A DNA stretch of 43,148 nt, taken from positions 1 to 43,148 of the forward strand of contig JAWALG010000004.1 of the NCBI GenBank assembly GCA_038886995.1, in the 5' to 3' direction. This document shows positions 19,358-27,952 of the stretch, one piece after another (positions within the stretch are counted from its first letter, which is position 1; each line of letters opens with the position of its first letter). The position numbers were made by a program, and so were the translations under genes. A model generated the notes under the pieces. The model searched no databases. It worked only from the letters and a program-made list of their open reading frames with translations, and was not told the origin of the DNA. Source of the stretch: Candidatus Iainarchaeum sp. Its GTDB lineage: Archaea; Iainarchaeota; Iainarchaeia; Iainarchaeales; DTGL01.

Positions 19358-20734
19358 ATGGACAAGTTTTCTTTTATAAGCCCGCTTGATTTCCGATACA
19401 TGCGTGGCGATTTAGCAGATAAAGCCACTGCTTACCTCTCAGAAGAGGCAAAGATAAAATATGAGCTTGAGGTTGAAATTGCTTACGTTAGGGCTCTTTC
19501 ATCGTTGGGTATCTGCAAAAAAAGCGTATACAAAGGGGTTTGTAATGCTGCGAAAAAAATAAATGCTGAAATGGTGTATGCTGAAGAAGCAAGCACAGGG
19601 CATGAAACAAAAGCGCTTGTTAATCTCCTTTCTGCGAATGTCAGCAGTGAAGCCAAAAGGTTTATTCATCTCGGTCTAACAAGCTGCGATGTTCTTGACA
19701 CTGCTAACGCTTTGCGCTTTAAGCTTTACACTGAAAAGGTTCTTTTGCCAGAAGCCAAAGCACTTGAAAAGCTGCTTATAAAGCTTGCAATAAAACACAA
19801 AAAAACAATTCAGGTTGGAAGAACTCATGGACAGCACGCTGAGCCAATTACATTTGGCTTCTTTTTGGCACAATATGTTTCAAGATTAGGGCACAGAATC
19901 TTAGCCATTGAAGATGCCTGTTCAAACTTGCGCGGAAAAATCTCTGGTGCTGTTGGCTCCTACAACGCAATTGCCTTATTTTGCGAAGATCCAATGGAGG
20001 TTGAAGCAAAGACCCTTGCATATCTGGGGCTTAAACCAGCAGAAAGCTCTACCCAAATATTGCCGAGGGAATACTTTACTGATCTAATGCATGCTGCAAT
20101 AAGCACATTAGGTGTCGTTGCAAACCTGGCAGATGATTTGAGGCATCTTCAGAGGACTGAAATAGGGGAGTTAGCGGAACATTTCAAGAACAACCAGGTA
20201 GGGAGTTCAGCAATGCCGCACAAGAGGAACCCAATAACTTTTGAAAACATAAAGAGCATCTGGAAAGCATTTTCGCCAAGAATGCTAACAGTTTATATGG
20301 ACCAGATAAGTGAGCACCAAAGAGACCTTACAAACTCAGCAAGTGAGCGCTTTCTCCCAGAGATTCTATTTGCTTCCACTTACGCCGTTAGGCAGATGAG
20401 AAAAGCCCTTGAAAATCTTTACGTTGATGAAAACGCAATGTTAAGGAATTTAAACAAGAGCAGCCATAAAATTGTCTCAGAAGCACTATATGTTTTATTG
20501 GCCTTAGAAGGCCTTGAAAATGCGCATGAACACATCAGACGTTTATCAGCAAAGGCCTCAGATGGCAAAACCTTGCTTGATGCAGCCCTTACTGATAAGG
20601 AAATTTTGCCTTATATTAAAAAAATTCCGCGTGAAAAGTTGAAATATGTAGAAGACCCAAAGCAATATTTAGGTATTGCCGAAAATAAGACAGAAAAGAT
20701 TTGCAAAGAATGGAAAAGAAAGCTAGGGGTTTAG
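19358..20734 (+). CDS. purB: Adenylosuccinate lyase
   Basis: SPLDFRY, GRTHGQHAEP and GSSAMPHKRNP. Confidence 0.96.
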   Translation: MDKFSFISPLDFRYMRGDLADKATAYLSEEAKIKYELEVEIAYVRALSSLGICKKSVYKGVCNAAKKINAEMVYAEEASTGHETKALVNLLSANVSSEAKRFIHLGLTSCDVLDTANALRFKLYTEKVLLPEAKALEKLLIKLAIKHKKTIQVGRTHGQHAEPITFGFFLAQYVSRLGHRILAIEDACSNLRGKISGAVGSYNAIALFCEDPMEVEAKTLAYLGLKPAESSTQILPREYFTDLMHAAISTLGVVANLADDLRHLQRTEIGELAEHFKNNQVGSSAMPHKRNPITFENIKSIWKAFSPRMLTVYMDQISEHQRDLTNSASERFLPEILFASTYAVRQMRKALENLYVDENAMLRNLNKSSHKIVSEALYVLLALEGLENAHEHIRRLSAKASDGKTLLDAALTDKEILPYIKKIPREKLKYVEDPKQYLGIAENKTEKICKEWKRKLGV

Positions 20735-20735
20735 A

Positions 20736-22136
20736 ATGCTACGAGTTTACAATACTCTCACCAAAAAAAAGGTTCCATTCAGGCCAAAAGAAAAAGGCCT
20801 TGTCAGGATGTATGTCTGCGGACCTACTGTTTATGGGCCTGCGCATATAGGCCATGCAAGGACATATGTTGCTTTTGACATAATAAGGCGATACTTGGAG
20901 TTGAAAGGTCTAAAGGTCAAGCTTGTGGTAAACATTACTGATGTGCATGATGATATGATAAAGGCTGCGAATGAGCAAAACAAAACAATATTTGAACTTT
21001 CAGAGCATTATACTGAAATGTTCTTTAAAGACATGAAAGCGCTGAAAGTTAAAGAAGCAAGCTTTTATCCTAAAGTCAGCGAAGAAATACCTTCAATAAT
21101 TGAAACAATTAAACTTTTGGAGAAAAAGGGCTATGCTTATGAGACCGAAGATGGGCTTTACTTTGATGTAAGCAAGTTTAAGGGGTATGGCAAGCTTTCA
21201 GGCATAAAGCCAAAGCAGTCAATAACAGGCACAAGGGTTGATACTGACAAGTATGACAAGCGCCAAGCGCATGACTTTGCCTTATGGAAGAAAGCAAAGC
21301 CAAATGAACCATGTTGGGAGAGCCCTTGGGGCAAAGGCAGGCCCGGCTGGCATATTGAATGCACCACAATGAGTTCAAAGTATCTTGGCTTACCTGTTGA
21401 TGTGCACTGCGGTGCAGTTGACCTTATATTCCCACACCATGAAAATGAGATTGCGCAAAGTGAAGCTGCTTATGGCATAAAGCCATTCGTAAAGTACTGG
21501 TTGCATACTGGTTTTCTTACAATAAACGCTCAAAAAATGAGCAAAAGTTTGGGCAATTACATCACCGTGCCACAGCTTTTGTCGGAAATAGAACCAAGCA
21601 TATTTAGGTTCTTTATTGCTACACGCCATTACAGAAGCAGGGTAGATTACTCAAAGGACGCTGTTGAGCAAGCAAAAAGTGCTTTGCAGCGCTTAAACGA
21701 CTTCATACAAAGGTTATACACAGTTGATGATGACAAATATTGCAAGGAAGCATCCGATGCTGTTAAACTTGCAAAGAATGAATTTGAAAAGGCAATGGAT
21801 GACGACTTTAACACCCCTATTGCGTGGAAGGCAATATTCACTCTTGAGAAGAAGGTCAACATACTTCTGGGAAAAGGCACTTTTTCAAAGAGGAACGCTG
21901 AAGAGGTAATTGCCTTTGTCAAGTATGTTAATGCCGTTTTTGATGTCTTTGAAACTGAAAAAAAATCGGATGATATACCAAGTGAATACCTAGAGATGAT
22001 CCGACTGAGAGAAAAGCTTAGGAATGAAAAAAGGTTTAAAGAGGCAGATGAGATAAGGGATAAATTAGCAGCCAAAGGCATAGTTATTTTTGATACTCCA
22101 CAAGGCCCAAGATGGAAATTGCAGAAAATTGGTTAA
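20736..22136 (+). CDS. cysS: Cysteine--tRNA ligase
   Basis: YVCGPTVY, HIGH, GRPGWHIEC, FPHHENE and KMSKS. Confidence 0.98.
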   Translation: MLRVYNTLTKKKVPFRPKEKGLVRMYVCGPTVYGPAHIGHARTYVAFDIIRRYLELKGLKVKLVVNITDVHDDMIKAANEQNKTIFELSEHYTEMFFKDMKALKVKEASFYPKVSEEIPSIIETIKLLEKKGYAYETEDGLYFDVSKFKGYGKLSGIKPKQSITGTRVDTDKYDKRQAHDFALWKKAKPNEPCWESPWGKGRPGWHIECTTMSSKYLGLPVDVHCGAVDLIFPHHENEIAQSEAAYGIKPFVKYWLHTGFLTINAQKMSKSLGNYITVPQLLSEIEPSIFRFFIATRHYRSRVDYSKDAVEQAKSALQRLNDFIQRLYTVDDDKYCKEASDAVKLAKNEFEKAMDDDFNTPIAWKAIFTLEKKVNILLGKGTFSKRNAEEVIAFVKYVNAVFDVFETEKKSDDIPSEYLEMIRLREKLRNEKRFKEADEIRDKLAAKGIVIFDTPQGPRWKLQKIG

Positions 22137-22141
22137 AAGGG

Positions 22142-22810
22142 CTAGAGATGCAGCAAAAATGCCAGCAGCACAGGCACTGTTAAGAGTCCGCTTAGCAAAT
22201 AGAAGAGCAATGATTTAAGGTAAGTTGTTTTGGCTACTTGTTTTATTGTGAGGAAGGGGTAAATAAACATCATATAAAATAAGAAGACAAATAACAGCAT
22301 CACTGCTAAAATTGCCTTGGTGGAGAAATCAGATAGCTCGATATCAGTTATGCCATGCTTTTGTAATGTTGCACTATAATTTTCATCGAAAATATTGTAA
22401 GCATAGGTTGCGCTTAGCGACTGTTTTCTTACTTCTGTAACCATTGCAAAAATCTTTGGAGAAGAGTATAAAACTATGAATGATATAATCATTATAATTG
22501 CAAGGAATAACCATGCAAATGATATTGCTGAAAGTATGCCGTTGAATTTCCCCTTTGCTTCTTTGCTGTTTGCCATAAAAGTAAAGAAATAGATTACCGC
22601 GGATACCATAATCCATGCAAAGTAGCTCGCTGCACCGTGTTTTATAGTGTTTAATATGTCGAGGCCAAGGCCGGAGAAAAGGTTAAGCAAAGCATAAAGT
22701 ATTGTCGGAGCCAAGACAATTAGAAAAGCAATCTTAAAGTCCGGCTTTGAAACCGCTTTTTCAATAGTTTTCCTTGGCTTTAAAAAGATATTTATTGGAT
22801 TGATTTCCAT
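22142..22810 (-). CDS. Yip1-like multi-pass membrane protein
   Basis: N-terminal IFLKPRKTIE motif followed by about 5 TM segments. Confidence 0.7.
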   Translation of the reverse strand: MEINPINIFLKPRKTIEKAVSKPDFKIAFLIVLAPTILYALLNLFSGLGLDILNTIKHGAASYFAWIMVSAVIYFFTFMANSKEAKGKFNGILSAISFAWLFLAIIMIISFIVLYSSPKIFAMVTEVRKQSLSATYAYNIFDENYSATLQKHGITDIELSDFSTKAILAVMLLFVFLFYMMFIYPFLTIKQVAKTTYLKSLLFYLLSGLLTVPVLLAFLLHL

Positions 22811-22870
22811 ATGAACCAAATAAAATTATACTTAACACTTATTTAAACTTATCCTTATGAAACTTAATTA

Positions 22871-23338
22871 ATGGTGCGTGGCAAATTAGTAATTGCTTTC
22901 GGTACTTTTGATTTTTTGCATTATGGGCACCTTTACTATCTCCAGAAAGCAAAGAAGCTTGGGGGCAAGCTCCTGGTGGTTGTTTCAAGGGACGAGAATG
23001 CTTTTTCATCAAAAGGCAAGAGGCCAATCCATACTGAAAAAGAGCGCCTTGAAATTATAAGGGCACTTCGTTGTGTAGATAACGCGGTTCTTGGGCTAAA
23101 AGGCAGCAACATGTTTGAAATTTTGCTTAAATATAAGCCAGATGTAATTGCGCTTGGCTATGACCAAAGAGTTAATGTTAAAGAACTTAGTGCTTTTATC
23201 GCAAAGAAAGGCCCAAAGGCAAGAATAATAAGAATACCCGCCTATAAATCACACCTTCTTAAAAGCTCTAATTTCAGAGCAAAGCTAAAAGGTAAGAAAG
23301 AAGAAAGCCCCCTGGAACTTGGAATAGATATAATCTGA
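22871..23338 (+). CDS. ribL: Archaeal FAD synthase (cytidylyltransferase-like)
   Basis: FGTFDFLHYGH, VVVSRD and KPDVIALGYDQ. Confidence 0.88.
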   Translation: MVRGKLVIAFGTFDFLHYGHLYYLQKAKKLGGKLLVVVSRDENAFSSKGKRPIHTEKERLEIIRALRCVDNAVLGLKGSNMFEILLKYKPDVIALGYDQRVNVKELSAFIAKKGPKARIIRIPAYKSHLLKSSNFRAKLKGKKEESPLELGIDII

Positions 23339-23414
23339 TTTCATACATTAAGGCACTGTAAATCCACTCTTTTAGAGAACTATGCTTTTATTTCTTCATT
23401 CGCGTAATTTTTCC

Positions 23415-23870
23415 TTAAATTTCCTTTTTCAATAGAACCAGGTTTTTGTAGCTGCGCCCTTCTTTAGCGCCTTTCTCAAGAAGGCCATACTGAACAAAGC
23501 CAAGCTTTTCAAAAACCCTCAAAGAGGCCACATTGTCTTGATCAGCGCGAGTTGTTACTATTTCAGTGCCTTCTCTCATATTTTCAATTGCATGCTTTAC
23601 TATCTGTTGCGCTATTCCTTTACCCCTATATTTTTTAGCAACTATGAGGGATTGCAAGCTTGCTGTATGCTTGTTTCGCCCAGTACCATATTTTACAAAA
23701 AGGTGCGCAACTACTTTGCCATCTAATCTTGCAACACACCTTGTTTCATTTTTAGAAAGGAAGCTCTTTATGACGCGGCTTCGTGCAAGATCATAGCCCC
23801 AATGTGGATAAAGCCTTGCTATGCCAGCAGAATCCTCAATTCGCGCTTCCCTTATCTTTATTTCCTGCAC
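23415..23870 (-). CDS. GNAT-family N-acetyltransferase
   Basis: IKIREARIED, VAKKYRGKGIA acetyl-CoA motif, NVASLRVFEKLGF. Overlaps the 3' end of the upstream protease gene. Confidence 0.9.
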   Translation of the reverse strand: MQEIKIREARIEDSAGIARLYPHWGYDLARSRVIKSFLSKNETRCVARLDGKVVAHLFVKYGTGRNKHTASLQSLIVAKKYRGKGIAQQIVKHAIENMREGTEIVTTRADQDNVASLRVFEKLGFVQYGLLEKGAKEGRSYKNLVLLKKEI

Positions 23871-24279
23871 TTCTCTTCAACCCTTCATCCTTCCTTCCTT
23901 GCTTGCCCTCAACATGTATTATAAAATCGTTGTCTAGGAAGTCTCTGCCAACAAGCACAGGCAGCTTCATTCCAAAGCGGTCTGCTATAGTGAAAAGCGT
24001 CTTTTTTCTTTTTCCACACATCTCAAGGGTACCTTCAACAACAGGCCTTCTCACATAACCTTTTGGCTCTGTCTTGCTTTTTATCCTAAGCACGCTAACT
24101 ATAGGCCCAAGTCCTGCCTTTGCCGCAATTTTAAGGTCAACGCTTGACCTTTCCGCGCCAGTATCAAGCAAAGCAAGCGTTTCCACTGCCTTTTTTTTGC
24201 CTATTATCCTAACATGTTGAACAAGGCCAACAACCTTTTTCTTCTTTTTCTTGTAGGGAACCCCCTTTTTTTTAGCCAT
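23836..24279 (-). CDS. Retropepsin-like protease of the RimK-associated (RimB / 'ATP-dependent Zn protease') family
   Basis: ALLDTGAERSSVD, RRPVV and TIADRFGMKLPVLVGRDFL; poly-Lys N-terminus; divergent from the rimK pair. Confidence 0.85.
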   Translation of the reverse strand: MAKKKGVPYKKKKKKVVGLVQHVRIIGKKKAVETLALLDTGAERSSVDLKIAAKAGLGPIVSVLRIKSKTEPKGYVRRPVVEGTLEMCGKRKKTLFTIADRFGMKLPVLVGRDFLDNDFIIHVEGKQGRKDEGLKRSAGNKDKGSAN

Positions 24280-24367
24280 AACGAGAATAAGTAAAAATCA
24301 AAAACTTTTTAAACAAATGAGGGGAATACATATTCACATATATTTGCCTTTTCGGCACGTGTCTTTT

Positions 24368-25204
24368 ATGAAAAAGCTCATAATGGCAGTTGAAGGCGAG
24401 CGCAAGAGGTTTGCATTGCTTAAAGAGGCCTTTGAGAATAAGGGCTTCTCAGTAAAGCTATTGCCTGTGAGGCGCCTTACGCTTTTCACAGACATGTCTG
24501 GATCAAAAATAAAAGTGCAGGGCAACGGTGTTTTTAGCGGCCCAGTTTATCTTGAGACGCCTTTCATGCTCACGCAGTTTGTAGAGCCACTATTGGACTA
24601 CATTGAAACCAAAGGTTTCTATTGCCAAGTCCATAAAGGAGCATACTATGTCGGAAGCAACGAGCTGCTTCAGATAAGCTTGCTTAGCAGCTACGGAATA
24701 AAGATTCCTTACACGAGGATTTTCGGGAACATCGAGCAGATAATAAAATCCAAGCAAAAGTTTAGCTACCCTGTTGTGGTAAAGGTTTATAAAAATGGAG
24801 AGAAAATTCAAAGCATGGTTGCAAAAAGCGCAGAAGCTTTGACTTCTCTAACCGAGAGGATTGAAGGCGATGCCGCTGTTGTGAGTGAATTCATAGAAGG
24901 CGATATTGATCACTGCGCTGTTATTGGGGATGAAGTTTTTACCCTTAGGAGCACCACACCAGACCCTAAAAAGGCACGCCTCATGAAAAACGCTGTAAAT
25001 GTAAAATTGTCTAAGACCGAAGAAGAGACAGCAATACAGGCAGCAAGCATTTGCGGCTGCGACATAGCCACGGTAAAAATGTGTCGCGGCTTTGTAACAA
25101 GGGTGAAGCCCCATGTAAATATGGTGCTTTTTTCCAAGAAAACCGGCAAAAACCTCTTTGAAAAAACAGCAGAGCTTTTTTATAGGAAAAGCGGTGGTGC
25201 CTAA
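24368..25204 (+). CDS. Degenerate RimK-like ATP-grasp protein (probable pseudo-enzyme)
   Basis: Colinear with the next gene (GIKIPYT, YPVVVK, VSEFIEG, AVIGDEV) but the catalytic residues are replaced. Confidence 0.8.
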   Translation: MKKLIMAVEGERKRFALLKEAFENKGFSVKLLPVRRLTLFTDMSGSKIKVQGNGVFSGPVYLETPFMLTQFVEPLLDYIETKGFYCQVHKGAYYVGSNELLQISLLSSYGIKIPYTRIFGNIEQIIKSKQKFSYPVVVKVYKNGEKIQSMVAKSAEALTSLTERIEGDAAVVSEFIEGDIDHCAVIGDEVFTLRSTTPDPKKARLMKNAVNVKLSKTEEETAIQAASICGCDIATVKMCRGFVTRVKPHVNMVLFSKKTGKNLFEKTAELFYRKSGGA

Positions 25205-26089
25205 ATGCCAAGCATAGTTATAATTGCCGCAAAGAATTACAACAAAGGAAATAATAAGATACTTCTTGAAGAGGCAAAAAAAGTATTTGATAAGGTTCTT
25301 TTTGTGCCTATAAGCAAGTTAACCATCGTGCACAAAAATGGCACCTCCAAGCTTCTGTATAAAGGAATTAATATTCTTGATTTTGATGCATGTTATCCGA
25401 GGTTTGGATCAACTGACTACTTCCTCGGCGAATCTGTGCTAAAAGTAATAGAAAGCTCCAAAATATACTGCCCAGTATCTTTGAAGGGCTATCAGATATC
25501 TAACCATAAGTTTTATACAATTCAGAAGATTGCTGAAAGCGGCTTTCCGTGCGTGCTAACTTCACTAAGCGCTTCGCCGCAAAGCACAGAGGGCATAGTT
25601 GAAGAAATTGGTTTTCCTCTTGTTTTGAAATTGATAAGTGGTTTTGGTGGACGTGGGGTTATGCTAATTTCCAACAAGAATGAGCTTCAATCTATACTAG
25701 ACACAGTTCACCTCTTTGAGGAATATATAACTGCACAGAAATTTTTACCCACTGGCAGCACAGATATTAGATGCTATGTATTTGGCGATGAAGTTTTAAG
25801 CGTAAGGCGTACTGGCGCCCCAGATGACTGGCGCGCCAACATTTCACGCGGTGGCAAAGCAGAAATAATTGAAGGCAACCCAAAGATGGAAGATTGTGCT
25901 CTTAAAGTTTCAAAACTTCTTGGCTTTGATATCTGTGCGGTTGATTTCATGGAGACAGAGATGACTAAAGATGGCTTTGCAGTAATTGAAGTAAACTTCC
26001 AGCCAGGCCCTTTCAGAAAGTTTTTAGGAAACATCGTGCCAAAAAAGATGATGGAATTTATAAGGGCAAAGGTAGAAAAAAAGAAATAG
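25205..26089 (+). CDS. rimK: RimK-family alpha-L-glutamate ligase (ATP-grasp)
   Basis: FPLVLKLISGFGGRGV, DIRCYV, WRANISRGG, AVDF and IEVNFQPG. Confidence 0.9.
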   Translation: MPSIVIIAAKNYNKGNNKILLEEAKKVFDKVLFVPISKLTIVHKNGTSKLLYKGINILDFDACYPRFGSTDYFLGESVLKVIESSKIYCPVSLKGYQISNHKFYTIQKIAESGFPCVLTSLSASPQSTEGIVEEIGFPLVLKLISGFGGRGVMLISNKNELQSILDTVHLFEEYITAQKFLPTGSTDIRCYVFGDEVLSVRRTGAPDDWRANISRGGKAEIIEGNPKMEDCALKVSKLLGFDICAVDFMETEMTKDGFAVIEVNFQPGPFRKFLGNIVPKKMMEFIRAKVEKKK

Positions 26090-26106
26090 GCCTTAAAGGA
26101 AAATTT

Positions 26107-27369
26107 TCATAATTTTGTTCTTATTAGGGTTTGTTTTCTTTCTGGGCCATACGAAATTATCCTTACTGGAACACCCACGCTCTTTTCGATAAACCTTATG
26201 TAGCTCTTTGCTTCTGGCGGGATTTCATCAAATGTTCTTGGCTCAGATGACAATTTAAATCCTTTGAATTTATTGTATAAAGGTTTGCACTTTTCAAGTG
26301 TCTGCGTATCAGCAGGCGCCTCCTTGATGGTTTTTCCACCGATTTTGTAAGCTGTGCAAACTCTTATTTCTTTTATGCCTGACAATACATCGAGCTTTGT
26401 TAGCGCGATATCAGTGAAACCGCTAATCCTAGTGGCTGTTTTTAGCATTACAAGGTCAAGCCAGCCAACACGCCTTGGCCTGCCAGTAGTGGTGCCATAT
26501 TCATTGCCTTTTTCCCTTATCTTGTCAGCAAGTTGGCCGCTTATTTCAGTTGGAAACGGCCCAGAGCCAACTCTCGTGCAATATGCTTTTGCAACACCAA
26601 TTACACTACCCTTTTGGCAGGGAAGCCCAGTGCTCATAAAAGCCCCAGCAGTGGTTGTGTGCGAACTTGTCACATACGGGTATGTGCCGAAGTCATTGTC
26701 AAGAAAAAAGCCCTGTGCACCTTCAAGGAGAACCTTTTTTCTTGCTTTGAGCGCTTTATGCAGATAAACAGAAACATCCCCTTGGCATGTTCTTAGCTTC
26801 CTAGATAGTGGCAAAAGCTCCCTGAAAAGACTCTGAACGCTCATAGCTTTTAGGCCATAAGCCTTTAGCTCCAAATTCTTTAATGTGACAACTTCAGTAA
26901 GTTTCTCATAAAGTTTTTTCTTATCTACAAACTCAGAAAACCTTATGCCTTGCCTTGAGGCCCTGTCAGCATAGCAAGGCCCTATGCCTTTTTTAGTTGT
27001 GCCAATCTTCTCGCCCTTTTTTTCTTCTGAGGCCCCATCAAGCAATATATGGTATGGCATTATTATTTGTGCCCTTGGATCAACAATGAGCTTTAATCTC
27101 CCAACTTCTCTTTTAATAAGCTCGATTTCATCTAAAAGTGTCTTCGGGTTTATGGCTACGCCGCTTGCAAGGCAACAAACCTTTTTTTGTATAGCTCCAC
27201 TAGGCATTAGGTGAAGCTTATAGGTTTTGTCTCCCACAACAACAGTGTGGCCTGCGTTGTCGCCACCATTAAACCTAACCACGATGTCTGCTTTTTCGGA
27301 TAGGTAATCAATTATTTTCCCTTTGCCTTCGTCGCCAAATTGAGCGCCAATTATTATTGTTAGCGGCAT
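26107..27369 (-). CDS. purA: Adenylosuccinate synthetase
   Basis: GAQFGDEGKGK, GGDNAGHT, EGAQG, GTTTGRPRRVGW and TKLDVL. Confidence 0.98.
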   Translation of the reverse strand: MPLTIIIGAQFGDEGKGKIIDYLSEKADIVVRFNGGDNAGHTVVVGDKTYKLHLMPSGAIQKKVCCLASGVAINPKTLLDEIELIKREVGRLKLIVDPRAQIIMPYHILLDGASEEKKGEKIGTTKKGIGPCYADRASRQGIRFSEFVDKKKLYEKLTEVVTLKNLELKAYGLKAMSVQSLFRELLPLSRKLRTCQGDVSVYLHKALKARKKVLLEGAQGFFLDNDFGTYPYVTSSHTTTAGAFMSTGLPCQKGSVIGVAKAYCTRVGSGPFPTEISGQLADKIREKGNEYGTTTGRPRRVGWLDLVMLKTATRISGFTDIALTKLDVLSGIKEIRVCTAYKIGGKTIKEAPADTQTLEKCKPLYNKFKGFKLSSEPRTFDEIPPEAKSYIRFIEKSVGVPVRIISYGPERKQTLIRTKL

Positions 27370-27434
27370 GTCGACAATATTATTGGCAACAGCAAAAATT
27401 TAAATCACATAGGTGCTTTTATTTACTGAGCATA

Positions 27435-27731
27435 ATGGCCACAGAAAAGGTTGAAATTAGTCTTAAAAAGCAGATTATTGAGAGAATAGACGCCCTTGCA
27501 AAGATGTCAGGCAAGAGTCGCAACGCATTTATAAACGACTTTTTCGATAGTTACTTAGACAAAGTTGTGGAAGACCTTGCTCTTGAGAAGGATGCTATAA
27601 AGCAGTTTATGGCTGGAAAAATGGATGAAAAGCAGCTTTCTCTTATAGTTGGCAAAGAAAAAACAGAAGCAGCCAAAGTCAGCAAACGCATAGGCGCAAG
27701 AGGCGAGGACTTTTTAAAGGCATTTAAATGA
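27435..27731 (+). CDS. Ribbon-helix-helix (CopG-like) DNA-binding protein, antitoxin-like
   Basis: MATEKVEISLKKQIIERIDALAKMSGKSRNAFI shows the RHH pattern. Start re-set to ATG 27435. Confidence 0.78.
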   Translation: MATEKVEISLKKQIIERIDALAKMSGKSRNAFINDFFDSYLDKVVEDLALEKDAIKQFMAGKMDEKQLSLIVGKEKTEAAKVSKRIGARGEDFLKAFK

Positions 27732-27752
27732 TCTACGCTTTAAGTTTAAAAA

Positions 27753-27779
27753 TGCTGGCTCACATTACATGAGCCAGCA
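27753..27779. repeat. Perfect 10-bp inverted repeat (hairpin), followed by T5 on the minus strand
   Basis: TGCTGGCTCA-cattaca-TGAGCCAGCA, GC-rich within AT-rich intergenic DNA. Confidence 0.85.
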
Positions 27780-27952
27780 CAAAACCAACTCTCTCAGCAA
27801 TAAAAATAATTCGATTTTCGCACCTTAAATATTTTTTGTTGATGTTGCTTAGTTTAATATTTTTGGTTTAAGTTTTGCTCTTAATTTAGTTGCCTCACAA
27901 ATTGCGTATGTTTAAAAATGTTCTCTTGCAATTTTTTTTCATGGTGATTTTG

